Source of the DNA: an uncultured Nitrospinota bacterium
GTDB lineage: Bacteria > Tectomicrobia > Entotheonellia > J063 > CAVPRW01
DNA: 64,000 nucleotides
Direction: 5' to 3'
NCBI GenBank assembly: GCA_963707985.1
Contig: CAVPRW010000011.1
Span: 32,001 to 96,000 of the forward strand
Part shown: positions 22,535 through 35,454 of the stretch, piece by piece
Numbering within the stretch: position 1 is the stretch's first letter
Layout of the letters: each line of letters starts with the position of its first letter
The notes under the pieces: model-generated
Databases searched by the model: none
Told to the model about the DNA's origin: nothing
What the model saw: only the letters and a program-made list of their open reading frames with translations
Made by a program: the position numbers and the translations under genes

Positions 22535-22550
22535 AGCAAGCTCTATACCA
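22535..22550 (-). promoter_or_regulatory. Sigma-54 -24/-12 promoter
   Basis: TGGTATAGAGCTTGCT upstream of the AI-2E/yihY pair. Confidence 0.65.
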
Positions 22551-22784
22551 TGGATAACGCCGCAGCATCCCTGCACTCAACTAGTGGCTCCCACCTCAGG
22601 TATTCCAGAAGCGGACGCTTCGCCAAGAAGATCGAGTGCAAAATCACTCTGCGGTGTTGATACCTCTCAAAATGAGAGAGATGACCCGGCTACCCTATCA
22701 TAATAAGAATAAACGGAAGACAGCGAGAATGGACACGGGTCGCAAACCCTGCTATCTCATGGCCACCAGCGAGGAGGACGTCGT

Positions 22785-24048
22785 ATGCCTTACGACTTAT
22801 TGTTACGCGGAGGCCGGGTGATCGACCCGGCCCAAGGGATTGATGGAGCCTTCGATGTGGCCATACAGAACGGTCAGGTCGCGGCGGTGCAAGCTGCCAT
22901 ACCCAAGGACAGCGCAAAAGAGGTGTCGGATGTCTGCCGGGAAGCTCGTGCTACCCGGGCTCATCGACACTCACGCGCATGTCTATCAATATGTTACCGG
23001 CCGCTTTGGGCTCAACGCTGATATGGTAGGCGTGCACTCGGGAGTCACGGCGCTGATCGATCAAGGTGGACCGAGTTGCATGACGCTGCCGGGATTTCGT
23101 CAGTTCATCGCCGAGCCGGCACGTAGCCGTGTGTATGTCTTCCTGTCCGCGTATCTCGTCGGCGGTCTGGAAGGGCACTTTTACCCGGCGCTCTACCGAC
23201 CGGATTGCTTGGACGTCGATGCCACTGTGCGGGCGGCCAGGGAAAACGCCGACCTCGTCAAAGGTATTAAAGCACACGCGGAACTGGGCGGTTTCGCGCG
23301 CTGGGGCATCGAAGTGATGCGGCTCGCGGCACGTATCGGCAAGGAAGCTGACTTACCCGTCTATATCCATTTTGGCCAGTTATGGCAACTACCTGAGAGC
23401 GGTGCCAATGGCGTCGACGCGGATGATATCCTGCCCCAGGTGGTTGAGCTCCTCAAGCCGGGCGACGTCCTGGCCCATCCCTTCACGCGCCATCCCGGTG
23501 GCTTTGTGGACAAGAATGGCCACGTACATCCGATCGTTAGCGAGGCGCTGGCGCGAGGCCTGTGGATCGATGTCGGACACGGCTCGCACTTTAGCTTCAA
23601 GATGGCTCGTATCGCCCTCGACGCCGGTATTGTTCCGCATACGCTCGGGGCTGACATGCATGGCTATAATACGCATGTACCCAAGCCAGCCGGCACGCCA
23701 GATGCACATCCGGACGAAGAGCACATGTTCTTCGGAGATATTCGCTTCAGCCTGGTGTCCGCCATGACGTCTATGATGGCCTGTGGGCTGACGCTGGAGC
23801 AGGTGGTGCCAATGGTGACCTCGAATCCGGCCCGCATGCTCCGACTCGAAGGCCAGCTCGGCACGTTGAAACCTGGCGTGGTTGCCGATGTGACTGTGCT
23901 GCACGATGAGCATGGTCGGTGGGTGCTGCGTGACAATGAAAACAACCAGGTCAGCGCCACACGTTTGTTGCGGCCAGCGTTTTGCTTGCGGGCCGGACAG
24001 CGTGTCGATGCCGATGCATCCATTCTGCCGGTTGCACATGTGGCATAG
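22785..24048 (+). CDS. Amidohydrolase/deacetylase family metallohydrolase (dihydroorotase-like), +1 frameshift near 22935
   Basis: MPYDLLLRGGRVIDP joins PGLIDTHAH; DVGHG and ADMH motifs. Confidence 0.88.
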
Positions 24049-24070
24049 GGGAAGAAGAATTCCGCCGTTT

Positions 24071-24106
24071 CCCTCTCCCGCCTGGAGAAGGTCAGGCTGA
24101 GGGGAT
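24071..24106. repeat. REP-like element (degenerate)
   Basis: CCCTCTCCCGCCTGGAGAAGGTCAGGCTGAGGGG resembles the copy at 35455. Confidence 0.5.
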
Positions 24107-24234
24107 TCTCCCAGAACCTATGGAACCCGTTACCCCATCTCGGTCAAAGGCCAATGGTCGGGGTGGTCTCGGTGCCATGGCAAACGGGGGCCTGCATGCG
24201 GCTGAGCCGAGCACCGTTGAGGAGACACAGAATC

Positions 24235-25227
24235 GTGGCACGCGTCATCGATATGCATAATCACCTGGTCGCTCCAGAGGTTGTGACCTTTCTCGAACGC
24301 GAAGGTGCACGCTTCAACACGCGCATCGTCGAGCGCGATGGGCAACGCTTTTTCGTGATCCAGGAGACCACCAGGCGGCCACTGCATGCCAGAATCTCTG
24401 AGGTTGAGGCCCGGCTGAGCGACATGGACGTTGAGGGCGTCGATATCCAGGCGCTTTCCTGTGTCCCGTTTGTCATGTATCCCGAGGTCAGCGCGGAGTT
24501 GGGGTTGGCCATCGCGCGCATCAACAACGACGCGCTCGCCGCTGCCTGCACCCGCTATCCCAACCGTTTTGTGCCGCTGGCCTCCGTGCCGCTACAAGAT
24601 CCTCCGGCAGCGGCACGCGAATTAGAGCGCACCGCCCACTTAGGTCTGCGCGGTGTGGAGATCCCCCCAAACGTGTGTGGGCAAGGGCTGGATGAGCCCC
24701 AGTTCGAAGTCTTCTGGGAAGCGGCTGAGGCGCTGCAGATGGCGGTCTGTATCCATCCGTTTGACGCAGCACCACAGGGTATGCTGGCGCGCTATGGCTT
24801 GGGCAATCTGGTGGGGAATCCGTATGACACTGGGTTGGCTGCGGCGCTGCTGATCTACGGTGGTGTCCTGGAGCGGCATCCTGCCTTGCGCGTGGTCTTA
24901 TACCATGGTGGTGGAGCCTTCCCTAGTCTGGTCGGCCGCCTTGACATGGGGTATCGTGTATACCCTGAGTGTCAGGCTGCTATTCCGCGCCCACCCTCGA
25001 CCTACGTCGATCAGTTTGCCTTTGACATCATTGCCTTCAGACCGGACATGCTGCGTTACCTGATCAACACCTATGGCGCTGAACGCCTGGTTGTTGGCAG
25101 CGATTACCCGTTGCCTGCAGGTCTTGCCCACCCGGTTGCTGAGGTGAAAGCTCTAGGGCTCGATCCAGAGACGGAAAGCGCTGTGCTCGGTGGCAACGCC
25201 TGTCGTTTGCTGCGCCTGACCACCTAG
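24235..25227 (+). CDS. Amidohydrolase-2 (ACMSD-like decarboxylase)
   Basis: IDMHNH, IHP, HGGG and GSDYP motifs; GAGGAG RBS before a GTG start. Confidence 0.88.
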   Translation: MARVIDMHNHLVAPEVVTFLEREGARFNTRIVERDGQRFFVIQETTRRPLHARISEVEARLSDMDVEGVDIQALSCVPFVMYPEVSAELGLAIARINNDALAAACTRYPNRFVPLASVPLQDPPAAARELERTAHLGLRGVEIPPNVCGQGLDEPQFEVFWEAAEALQMAVCIHPFDAAPQGMLARYGLGNLVGNPYDTGLAAALLIYGGVLERHPALRVVLYHGGGAFPSLVGRLDMGYRVYPECQAAIPRPPSTYVDQFAFDIIAFRPDMLRYLINTYGAERLVVGSDYPLPAGLAHPVAEVKALGLDPETESAVLGGNACRLLRLTT

Positions 25228-25559
25228 GGTTACTGGGGTGCTGTATATCCGGCCACTGGCCCTTACCCGGACACCCCACGGGGAAAATGGTTTGGGGAAA
25301 CCTGCACACCGGCCAGGCAGAGGGCTCTAGTGGTCAAATTCCTAGCAGGGCAATCACGTTTGGAATATTGAGTTGCTTGAAGATGTGCAAGGATGCCTCT
25401 ACAATCCTCGTAGTTAAAGATAGCGACCTCCTTTCTTGCCGAGTCGTTTCAAGAAGAGTATTTGGGGTTCCTCAGTCCGGAGGATAGCCAAGCCATGATC
25501 CGCGAGATCGGTCGCTGGAAGCAGATCGAGTGGGATGAGGATGCCGCGCGGCGGGTGTT

Positions 25560-25744
25560 CGATTACTGTGGCGGTCATCCGCTCGGTGGACTGGAGTAGC
25601 GCGCCATTCGCCGCACTACAAGCCCTTCCCAAAGACGCCAAGCCCGTCACCAGGTGGGGTGACCCAGACGAGGCCTGGACCGATGTCGCCCGAGGCCTCC
25701 GCCGCGCCGCCGAGGAGCGCCGGAATCGCCTGCTACCATCCTAA
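25560..25744 (+). pseudogene. C-terminal fragment of a TIR_2 domain
   Basis: IRSVDWSSAPFAALQALPKDAKPVTRWGDPDEAWTDVARGLRRA is a typical bacterial TIR tail; no N-terminus found. Confidence 0.7.
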
Positions 25745-25820
25745 ACGCCAGTCATAGAGAAGAGAGACTTAGACACCGGTGAGGGCTCGGACGATCGGCT
25801 CCAGACGTGCGACCGCTAGG

Positions 25821-27545
25821 TTATCCACGGACGGCCCCCTTTCTCTGCCCTTCCTGCTGTGTTCTCTCGATTCTGGCCAAGGTATCGCGTAAGGTGGCCG
25901 TACGGTTGAAGACGAGACCATCGGTCGCGGCATCCACGGTATCAACACAGAAATAGCCGAGCCGCTCGAACTGATACCGACTGCCTGGAGCGGCGCCCGC
26001 CAGACTGGGCTCGACACGGCACGACTCCAGTCTCTCCAGCGACTGTGGATTCAGCAACGCCGTGAAGTCAACCCCCTCCTGGTCCTCATTGGGGTCGGCA
26101 TTGACATAGAGATGATCGTACAGGCGCACTTCCGCCTCGAGCGCGTGGGCTGCCGAAACCCAGTGCAAGGTAGCCCTGACCTTGCGACCGTCCGGCGCGT
26201 CACCACCGCGTGTCGCGGGGTCATACGTACAGTGTAGCTCGATCACCTCACCGGTTCGGTCGTCCTTCACCACGCCCACGCAGGTGATAAAGTAGGCATA
26301 GCGTAGTCTTACCTCCCGTCCGGGCGCTAGACGGAAAAACTGCTTTGGGGGATCCTCACGAAAATCGTCACGCTCGATGTACAGCACGCGTGAGAAGGGC
26401 ACTGTGCGGGTGCCCATGCTCGGGTCCTCCGGATTGTTCACCGCCAGCATCCCTTCTACCTGGTCTTCCGGGTAGTTGTCGATGACCACTCGGAGTGGTC
26501 GCAGCACCGCCATCACCCGTGGTGCGCGTCGATTCAAGTCCTCACGGAGACAATGCTCCAGCAAGGCGACGTCGACCACACTGTTGCGCTTGGCGACACC
26601 GATGCGCTCGCAGAAGGTACGGATGGCTTCAGGTGTGTAGCCTCGTCGCCGCAACCCCGAGAGGGTCGGCATGCGGGGATCATCCCAGCCGTTGACGAGC
26701 CCCTGTTCCACCAGCGTCAGCAGCTTGCGCTTGCTCAAGACGGTGTAACTCACGTTGAGGCGAGCGAACTCGATTTGCTGCGGGTGGTAGATGCCTAATT
26801 CGTCGAGGAACCAGTCATACAACGGGCGATGGTCTTCAAATTCCAGCGTGCATAAGGAATGCGTGATGCCCTCAAGAGAGTCCGACACACAATGGGCATA
26901 GTCGTACATCGGATAGATGCACCAGGTGTCGCCCGTGCGGTGATGGGGTGCATGCAGAATTCGATACATGACGGGGTCGCGCATCAGCACGTTGCCGGAA
27001 GCCATATCGATTTTGGCACGTAGAACCTGGGCACCTTCCTCAAATTCTCCGGCCCGCATGCGCGCGAACAGGTCGAGGTTTTCTTCGACCGAGCGGCTGC
27101 GGTAGGGGCTCTCTTGTCCGGCCCCTGTCGCGGTGCCTCGGGTGGCCCGGATTTCCTCCGCACTCAAGCTATCAACATAGGCCTTTCCCGCCGTGATGAG
27201 CTGCACGGCGTACTGGTAGAGTTGCTCAAAATAGTCGGAAGCATAAAACAACCGATCTCCCCAATCAAAGCCGAGCCAGTGGACGTCTTCCTGCATCGAC
27301 TCGACGTACTCTACATCCTCCTTGGTGGGGTTGGTGTCATCGAAGCGCAAATTGCATAGCCCGCCGAATTCAGTAGCGATGCCAAAGTTCAGGCAGATGG
27401 ACTTGGCATGGCCAATGTGCAGATAGCCATTCGGCTCCGGCGGAAAGCGCGTATGCACACGTCCACCATACTTTCCGCGCTGCACGTCTTCGGCGATGAT
27501 CTCCCGGATGAAATGGGAGGGAGTCGTCATGTCAGGGGTCGTCAT
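25821..27545 (-). CDS. glnS: Glutamine--tRNA ligase
   Basis: [37 protein letters not shown]. Confidence 0.97.
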   Translation of the reverse strand: MTTPDMTTPSHFIREIIAEDVQRGKYGGRVHTRFPPEPNGYLHIGHAKSICLNFGIATEFGGLCNLRFDDTNPTKEDVEYVESMQEDVHWLGFDWGDRLFYASDYFEQLYQYAVQLITAGKAYVDSLSAEEIRATRGTATGAGQESPYRSRSVEENLDLFARMRAGEFEEGAQVLRAKIDMASGNVLMRDPVMYRILHAPHHRTGDTWCIYPMYDYAHCVSDSLEGITHSLCTLEFEDHRPLYDWFLDELGIYHPQQIEFARLNVSYTVLSKRKLLTLVEQGLVNGWDDPRMPTLSGLRRRGYTPEAIRTFCERIGVAKRNSVVDVALLEHCLREDLNRRAPRVMAVLRPLRVVIDNYPEDQVEGMLAVNNPEDPSMGTRTVPFSRVLYIERDDFREDPPKQFFRLAPGREVRLRYAYFITCVGVVKDDRTGEVIELHCTYDPATRGGDAPDGRKVRATLHWVSAAHALEAEVRLYDHLYVNADPNEDQEGVDFTALLNPQSLERLESCRVEPSLAGAAPGSRYQFERLGYFCVDTVDAATDGLVFNRTATLRDTLARIERTQQEGQRKGAVRG

Positions 27546-27921
27546 AGGTACAGCTCCCTATTCGCATGTCGCGCTATTATCGAATCTTGCACGGCATCCT
27601 CCGGCCAGTGTAGGGTGATGATGATGCCTCTCCAAAACCATGCGGGAAAATGCGGCGCAGTTCTGTGAGTTTAACCTGGAATACTCAGTTCGGCAACGAG
27701 AGAGTTGTGTCATCATCACTGGCTCAGCGCCAGACCGAATCTTGACGACGGCCGACAGGGCCCAAGAGCAGGTGGATGCGGTCGCTCAGACAGCAGTCGG
27801 ACTGTTGACCCACTTCCGAGAGAGCAACTACACATCAGCAGCGCCCGCACGCGAGTGTCAAATGCCTCGGCAAGCGCAATTCTCCATATGGCGATGTGGC
27901 CTGGAGCCTTGAGGTCATCAA

Positions 27922-28704
27922 CTACATGTCTGCCGTGACGACCTCCTGCAAGTATGCCCAGATGCCGCCATAGGTACGGCCCCCCGGCACGTGGGCCAAC
28001 CGGGCACTGATGTGAGGCTCCGCCTCGGGCCGCGCCTGCGCCACATCCTCGGCCAGGTGCAGGGGGATGGAGGCGTGATTGGGGCCTGCCGCACACATGG
28101 CCAGATAATTCAGCCGGGCTTGATGCTCCAGATGAATCATCGCCATTACTGCCTCCTGGACCCCCGAAGTGGACGACGTCACCGCCCCATGGCCGAGCAG
28201 CAGGCAGACCTCGCCGTCACCTAGCAAGCGCGCCACCTCCTGCCCCTCCTCCTCGGAGGTGATGATCTTGGTGCGTGGGTAGACAGGCAGAGGCCTGGTC
28301 ACCAGGCCAATGCCCTCCTGGGCCATCGGCTTGATGCCGTTGTCCAACACGCTCATCAGCACCACATAATCAGGGTGTACGTGGACCACGGATAGGACGT
28401 CAGGTCGGTTCTTGTAGATGCATGAGTGGATCTTCACTTCGCTACACTGCAGCGAGTAGGGCGGCCCGTCGAGCCAGTTCCCCTCCAGATCGCACACCAC
28501 CATGTCCTCAGGTCGCATGCGAGACAACACATCCATGCGGTAGCCACGACCCTTCACCACGAACCGCTGCGGGTCGCCGGGCACCCGCAGGCTCACATGC
28601 CCCAGCGACGCCCGCACCCCCGCGGCCAGGCCGACCTCGGCAAGAATTCGGTTACCAATGGCTGCTTCGAGCTTGGCGGCTTCAAGGGAACTCCGGTCTA
28701 CCAT
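27922..28704 (-). CDS. Class II aldolase/adducin family protein
   Basis: GHVSLR, SEVKIHSCIY.RPDV..VVHVH, LLGHG. Confidence 0.9.
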   Translation of the reverse strand: MVDRSSLEAAKLEAAIGNRILAEVGLAAGVRASLGHVSLRVPGDPQRFVVKGRGYRMDVLSRMRPEDMVVCDLEGNWLDGPPYSLQCSEVKIHSCIYKNRPDVLSVVHVHPDYVVLMSVLDNGIKPMAQEGIGLVTRPLPVYPRTKIITSEEEGQEVARLLGDGEVCLLLGHGAVTSSTSGVQEAVMAMIHLEHQARLNYLAMCAAGPNHASIPLHLAEDVAQARPEAEPHISARLAHVPGGRTYGGIWAYLQEVVTADM

Positions 28705-29109
28705 AGCGCTCTCCTAGCTTGTGCGATGAGGGCAAGCCGTATAGCGGTTGAAGGCGTCGGGGCATGGGGCATGGCTCGATGGCCCCACAGGACCCGGCAG
28801 TGCCCTCGTTATGTCCCAGGTGTTTGCACAACAGGTATGCCACCTTGAGTGCCCTTTCGTGGGGTTCGCAGCCGGAGTGTACTATAGAGGCTGAACGATT
28901 TCCATAGGGTGCCGACAGGTGAAGCGTCCGAGACTGGCCAACGCTAATGCGCTCGCCTGCATAGGGCATGGGGGATGGGAATCGGGCGATCGATTGACAC
29001 TATGCGCTGCTCATATGGTACCCTGGACGTCGCTCCGAGCAGTTGTCCGCGGGTGGGGGTGATCGTCGCTGCCAATACACTCGGCGTGCACTCACCAGGG
29101 GGGCAGTTT

Positions 29110-29535
29110 ATGTTGAGCTATAGGCATCAACGTGATGCTCGTGGGTGGGAGCCGTGCGCCATTCTCATAACTCTATTGCTTTTGATGCTTCTGAGCTGGA
29201 CGCCGAGGAGGACAGATGCGGCAGAGTCCGGCAATGTGGAGCATGGCATGCGACTCTACGGTTATTATTGCACTCCTTGTCATGGAGCGGAGGGGACGGG
29301 GACCGGTCGCAATGCTCCTTACCTGGAGCGGTTGGGGCGCGCTCCTAGGGATCACACTGATTTCTGGTACATGAACCGTCTGAGCGACGACGAACTTTAT
29401 CGCGCCATCAGTGAGGGCAAGCGTCGCGACGGGGAACCACCCTTTATGCCCTGGTGGGGCTACACGCTGACCTCGGCAGAAATCTGGTCTCTGGTCGCGT
29501 ATATCCGGAGCTTAGCCAGGGAAACGTCAGAATAA
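29110..29535 (+). CDS. Monoheme cytochrome c
   Basis: Signal peptide, CTPCHG, MPWWG. Confidence 0.85.
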   Translation: MLSYRHQRDARGWEPCAILITLLLLMLLSWTPRRTDAAESGNVEHGMRLYGYYCTPCHGAEGTGTGRNAPYLERLGRAPRDHTDFWYMNRLSDDELYRAISEGKRRDGEPPFMPWWGYTLTSAEIWSLVAYIRSLARETSE

Positions 29536-29624
29536 TAGCGTCATCAGTCCCTCCTGTCCAGACTTGTACTGGTATGCGTGCCAGGACAGACCGCGTGTGA
29601 GGGGCATCACAGGCGACCATCACC

Positions 29625-30041
29625 ATGCGAAAGGCCAAGTGGCTCCTACCCATTGGCGGGCTTGCAGCGCTCGGGGCGATAGGCTTGTTGTGGTTTACTG
29701 GGGTCCTAAGTCGTCAGCATGCATCCCCCACTGTCCAGCCCTCCACCGCCAGACAGGTGCCACACGAATTCGCCACTGGGGATGCCCTCTTTCATGCCCA
29801 TTGTGCGGCATGCCATGGACCAGCGGCTGTTGGCACAGCGCAGGGGCCGCCATTGCTCTCAAGGGTCTATGTCCCAAGCCATCATAGCGATGCCAGCTTC
29901 TATCTGGCCGTGAAACAAGGAGTTCGCGCCCATCACTGGAATTTTGGTGACATGCCTGCTTTGCCGCATGTGACTGAGGCGGAGGTAGCACAGATTACCG
30001 CCTTTGTCCGATGGCTGCAGCAGCAGGCTGGAGTCCGCTAG
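29625..30041 (+). CDS. Monoheme cytochrome c
   Basis: CAACHG, GPPL, HHWNFGDMP. Confidence 0.88.
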   Translation: MRKAKWLLPIGGLAALGAIGLLWFTGVLSRQHASPTVQPSTARQVPHEFATGDALFHAHCAACHGPAAVGTAQGPPLLSRVYVPSHHSDASFYLAVKQGVRAHHWNFGDMPALPHVTEAEVAQITAFVRWLQQQAGVR

Positions 30042-30309
30042 CAAATTTGGAACGTGCATGCCGACCCAGACACTTGTGCAGTATGCCAGCTGAGGAAAAG
30101 GGCCGTGACTTGGCCAAAAAAGCGTTGACAGGTGTCGGGGTGAAGCGCCAGTATAACAGAGCTATACTGAATTGCTGCCCAGATGCTCGCGTGGAGGAAA
30201 CGAGTCGATTTTGCGTATGTTATATGACCACGAAGGCAGAGGCAGCAAATTTCTTGAGCCATCACCTCCGCCCTCGCCGTTGTATCGAAGAGTGACATGT
30301 GAGGAAAGC

Positions 30310-31194
30310 ATGCTACACGGCCATTCTAAGGAACAGCGGAAACAAGATTGCACGAACTACCGCATGGTGGCGATCGATCTGGACGGCACCCTGTTACGCG
30401 GGGACGGCACCATGGGCGAGCGCACCCGCCTCGCACTCCAGGCCGCGGTCAGACAAGGAATCAAGGTGGTGATCTGCACCGGGCGACGTTTCCGTACAAC
30501 GCTGCCGATTCTGTCCGAGTTGCAACTGGCAGTTCCGGTTATCGTACATGGTGGCCTGCTGATCAAGGATGCCGGTACCTACGAGACGCTCTATCATAGC
30601 TATCTCCCCAAAGATTTCGTCCTGAACGCGCTAAAGTTCCTCAAAGCCCATGGTGCCACACCCATCGTGTATGTGGATCTGTTCGCCCAGGGGATCGACA
30701 TCTACCTCGATAACGAGCGCGATGGCCATCCGTTCCACCTCAAATATCTCGAACGCAATCGCCTGAATTGTCATTTCGTTGGTGATGTGACCGAGGTGTT
30801 ATGCCCACAGACCGTTCACATCGGCACCCTGGCTGACCGGCCGTCCCTCGAACGCCTGAATCTCAGGGTCGAGCGTGAGTTTGGGTCGTCTATCCGTCAT
30901 CAGGTGATGAACAACACCAATGAGGAGGGAGCGTTTCTGGAGATCATGAGTCCTGGCAACTCGAAGTGGCGTGCGCTGTCAAGGCTTATCGCAATGGAGG
31001 GCTATACCTCTGAGCAGGTGATCTGCATCGGCGACGAGGTCAACGATTTAGAGATGATTACTCATGCCGGCCTGGGGGTGGCGATGGGCAATGCGATCCC
31101 GGCAGTCAAGGCGGTGGCACAATATGTCACACACTCCAATGAAGAGGATGGGGTGGCGCACGTCGTCGAGCAGTTTGTGTTGAAGGAGATGTAG
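30310..31194 (+). CDS. Cof-type HAD-IIB hydrolase
   Basis: [25 protein letters not shown]. Confidence 0.93.
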   Translation: MLHGHSKEQRKQDCTNYRMVAIDLDGTLLRGDGTMGERTRLALQAAVRQGIKVVICTGRRFRTTLPILSELQLAVPVIVHGGLLIKDAGTYETLYHSYLPKDFVLNALKFLKAHGATPIVYVDLFAQGIDIYLDNERDGHPFHLKYLERNRLNCHFVGDVTEVLCPQTVHIGTLADRPSLERLNLRVEREFGSSIRHQVMNNTNEEGAFLEIMSPGNSKWRALSRLIAMEGYTSEQVICIGDEVNDLEMITHAGLGVAMGNAIPAVKAVAQYVTHSNEEDGVAHVVEQFVLKEM

Positions 31195-31195
31195 G

Positions 31196-32441
31196 ATGAC
31201 CCACCTCGAACACAGCGATCCTGAAATCGCGCGCCTGATTCAGCAAGAAGAGACCCGCCAATTTGAGAGCATCCGTCTGATCCCATCGGAAAATTATGTC
31301 TCCCACGCGGTGTTGGAGGCAACGGGAACCATACTCACCAACAAATATTCCGAGGGTTATCCCGGCAAACGCTATTACGAAGGGCAGGAAAACATCGATC
31401 CCATCGAATCGATTGCCCAGGAGCGCGCCAAACGCCTCTTCGGCGCCGACCATGCCAATGTGCAGCCGTATTCGGGCTCCCCAGCCAATCTCGCCATCTA
31501 TTATGCGTTGCTGGAGCCGGGCGAAAAGGTCATGGGCATGAGCTTGCCACACGGGGGGCACCTGACGCATGGCTGGCGCGTGAATTTTTCGGCGCGCTAC
31601 TATCGGTCCGTGCAATACACGGTGGACCCGGTGACGCATCGCATCGATTACGACCAGGTGCGTGCGCTGGCCAGACAGGAGCGACCGAAGCTCATCTTTT
31701 CCGGGCGCCACGGCTTATCCGCGCGAGTTCGACTTCAAAGCCTTCGGGGAGATCGCGCAGGAGGTGGGGGCTCGCTTTGTGGCAGACATCGCGCATATCT
31801 CCGGCCTGATCGTGGCTGGAGTGCATCAAAGCCCAATTCCCTATGCCGACGTGGTGATGACCACGACCCATAAAACGCTGCGTGGCCCGCGCGGTGCGAT
31901 GATCATGTGTAAGGCCGACTACGCCGACGCTATCGATCGCGCCGTGTTTCCGGCTCTACAGGGCGGCCCGCATAACCATACCACAGCAGCCATCGCGGTG
32001 GCGTTGCGGGAAGCCTCCACTCCCGAATTCAAAGCCTACGGACAACAAATTGTACACAATGCTAAGGCGCTGGCAGAGGGGTTGCTCAGCCATGGCTTTA
32101 CCCTGATCAGCGGTGGTACCGACAATCATCTCATTCTCATCGATATGACCAACAAAGGCGTGACGGGGAAACAGGCCTCACGAGCGCTCGCCCGAGCGGG
32201 CATCGAGACCAATGCGAATACGATTCCCTACGATCCCCGACGACCTTTCGACCCCAGCGGCGTGCGCATCGGTACGCCCGCGGTCACCTCTCGCGGCATG
32301 CACGAGCCGGAGATGCAACGCATTGCCGGCTGGATCGATCAGGTCGTCAGCGACGTGAAGGACGAGGCGCTCCACGCCAAGATCCGCGACGAGGTGCGCG
32401 AATTTTGCTGCACCTTCCCGTGCCCTGGCATTCGCGTGTGA
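31196..32441 (+). CDS. glyA: Serine hydroxymethyltransferase (+1 frameshift near 31705, likely an error)
   Basis: [39 protein letters not shown]. Confidence 0.95.
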
Positions 32442-32448
32442 AGAGCCT

Positions 32449-35424
32449 ATGGCCAGCCGCATCGAAGTCAGCTTCAAATCCCACTTCCGCGACCCTCTGG
32501 GGGAATCTGTGCAACGCGCCATCAGGGAGGATCTCGGCTTTAGCGTCGACAAGGTGAGGACCGTCGACGTCTACACCATCGAGGCTCAGCTGACGCCACT
32601 GGAGATCGAGCGGCTACGTCGAGAGCTCTTTACCGATCCGATCGTTCAGGAGTCGTCGGCCACGAGCCGGCTGGCGCGCGATTTCTTCTGGATCATCGAG
32701 GTCGGGTTCCGGCCGGGCGTTACCGACAACGTTGGTAAAACGGCGCGTGAGGGCATTGAAGAAATTTTGGGACGCCATCTGGCACTCGAGGAGGCGGTAT
32801 ACACGTCCCGACAGTACCTGATCACGGGTCGGTTGACGCGGGATGAGATCGAGCGGGTGGCAGCCGATCTGCTGGCCAATAGCCTAATTCAGCGCTGGGA
32901 GATCCGCAACATCGAGGATTGGGCTGAGGGCCATGATCCCGACTTAGGGATACCAAAGGCCGGCCGCCCTGAGCCGTTGCGTGTCGAGTCCATCCCCCTG
33001 AATCTCACCGATGCGGATCTGGTGCAGTTGAGCGACCGTCGCATGCTGGCGCTGTCGTTGGAAGAGATGCAGGCCATCCGGCATTATTTCGGAGCTCCTG
33101 CCTGCATCAATGATCGCCGTGCGCACGGGTTGCCGCCATGGCCAACCGACGTCGAATTAGAGGCGCTGGCGCAGACCTGGTCGGAGCACTGCAAGCACAA
33201 GATCTTCAATGCCCATATCACCTATACCGACGAGCAGGGACACATCCAGGACATCGATAGTCTCTTCAAGACGTTCATCGTGCGAGCGACGGAGGAGATC
33301 AGCCGGCGCGTCGACTGGCTGGTGTCGGTGTTTCATGACAATGCCGGGGTGATTCGTCTCAACGAGGACTGGAACATCTCGATGAAGGTGGAGACGCACA
33401 ATACCCCTTCGGCCCTCGACCCCTATGGCGGGGCGTTGACCGGTATCGTCGGCGTGAATCGCGATCCCTTTGGTACGGGTAAGGGCTGCCGGCTCCTGTT
33501 CAACACCGATGTTCTGTGCTTTGCGCCGCCAGACTATGCCAAGCCGCTGCCGCCGCGACTCATGCATCCGAAACGCGTGTTCAGAGGGGTGCATCGCGGC
33601 GTGAAGGACGGCGCCAACCAGAGTGGCATTCCTGACGTCAACGGGGCCATCCTTTTCGACGAGCGCTTTCTCGGCAAACCCCTCGTGTTTTGTGGTACCG
33701 GGGGCATCATGCCCGCCCGGCTCCAGGGGCATCCGGCGCATGAGAAACATGCCAACCCTGGCGATCTGATCGTCATGGTCGGCGGCCGCATCGGCAAGGA
33801 CGGCATTCACGGGGCGACCTTCTCGTCACAGGAACTCGGGGAGGATTCGCCGGTCAGCGCGGTGCAGATCGGCGATCCGATCACCCAGAAAAAAATGTTC
33901 GACTTCCTGCTGGAGGCGCGCGATCAGGGACTTTACAATGCTATTACCGACAATGGGGCAGGTGGGTTGTCGTCCTCGGTCGGCGAGATGGCACGCGACA
34001 GTAACGGCTGTGAGTTGCACCTCGAAATGGCGCCGCTGAAATATGCCGGCCTACAACCCTGGGAGATCTTGTTATCCGAAGCGCAAGAGCGTATGACCCT
34101 GGCCGTGCCGCCTGCAGCACCTCGAAGCCTCTCCTGGCGTTGGCCGCTCGGCGTGCGGTGGAGGCCACGGTGTTAGGGAGTTTCACTGCCAGCGGCAGAT
34201 TCCACGTCCTGTATAATGGCCAGAGCGTCGCCTGTCTGGACATGGGTTTCCTCCACGATGGCTTGCCCCAAATGTCCCTCAAGGCCGTGTGGCGCCCGCC
34301 CGACCCTGCGCGAACCCCAGCTACCGGAGCCGGACGGATTATGCGGCAGCTTTTGGGCGACGATGCTCGGTCGCCTGAATATCTGCAGCAAAGAGGCATG
34401 GATCCGACAATACGACCATGAAGTGCAGGGCATGAGCGTGGTCAAACCGTTCATCGGTCGCCACAACGATGGCCCCAGCGACGCGGCGGTGTTGCGTCCG
34501 TTGTTGGACTCGAATATCGGCCTTGTAGTTGCGAACGGCATCTGTCCCCGATATGGCGATATCGATACCTATCATATGGTGGCCTGTGCTGTGGACGAGG
34601 CGGTCCGTAATGTCATCGCCGTCGGTGGCCGTATCGGGCGGATCGCCGGCTTGGACAATTTCTGTTGGCCGGACCCCATCTCGTCGCCGACGAATCCCGA
34701 TGCCGAGTACAAACTGGCGCAATTGGTGCGCGCCAATCAGGCCCTGTATGACTACTGTCGGGCATATGATCTCCCATGTATTTCCGGGAAAGACAGCATG
34801 AAAAACGACTATCGCGTCGGCGACGCCAAGATTTCGATCCCGCCGACCGTCCTGTTTTCCGTGCTCGGCATCATTGAGGACGTGACCACCGTGGTGACCA
34901 TGGATGCTAAACGAGCGGGGGATGTGGTCTATGTCCTGGGCATGACTCGCACCGAGCTGGGAGGGTCTGAGTATTACGCTCTGTTGGGGCATCTCGGGAA
35001 GAGTGTGCCACGGGTTGACGCACAAGCCGCCCGGCGCCTGTATGAAGTGTTGTCAACCGCCATGAATCGAGGTCTGGTGGCGTCCTGTCATGATTGTTCG
35101 GACGGTGGGCTGGGGGTGGCGCTGGCGGAAACGGCCTTCGCTGGTGACCTCGGCATGGCTATCGACCTACGTCTGGTGCCACGTGTCAGCGAGTTGCGAG
35201 ATGATATCACGTTATTCTCCGAATCGGCGAGTCGTTTCGTGATCACTGTGCATGCGGAAGATATGACAGCATTCGAGGCGATGTTGCCAGGGGTGCCATG
35301 GGCTGCCGTAGGGCGTGTAACCGGGGCAGGCAAGTTCGAAGTGTTGGGGCGATCAGGAGGGCCGATCATCGAGGTTGAGCTTGATCGCTTGAAAGCTGCC
35401 TGGCAAAAACCACTGAATTGGTAA
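32449..35424 (+). CDS. purL: FGAM synthase PurL with N-terminal PurS-like region (apparent single-base insertions near 34115-34135 and 34300)
   Basis: [47 protein letters not shown]. Confidence 0.93.
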
Positions 35425-35454
35425 GAGGAAATCAACGCAACCTGGTGGTCTTTT

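Noticed and set aside
28827..28842. Sigma-54-like motif upstream of the aldolase gene (TGGCATACCTGTTGT)
   Set aside because: The -12 element is GT rather than GC, so it is too weak to call.
30041..30310. Purine/ZTP riboswitch upstream of the glyA-pur operon
   Set aside because: I could not identify the conserved aptamer motifs by eye; an Rfam scan would be needed.
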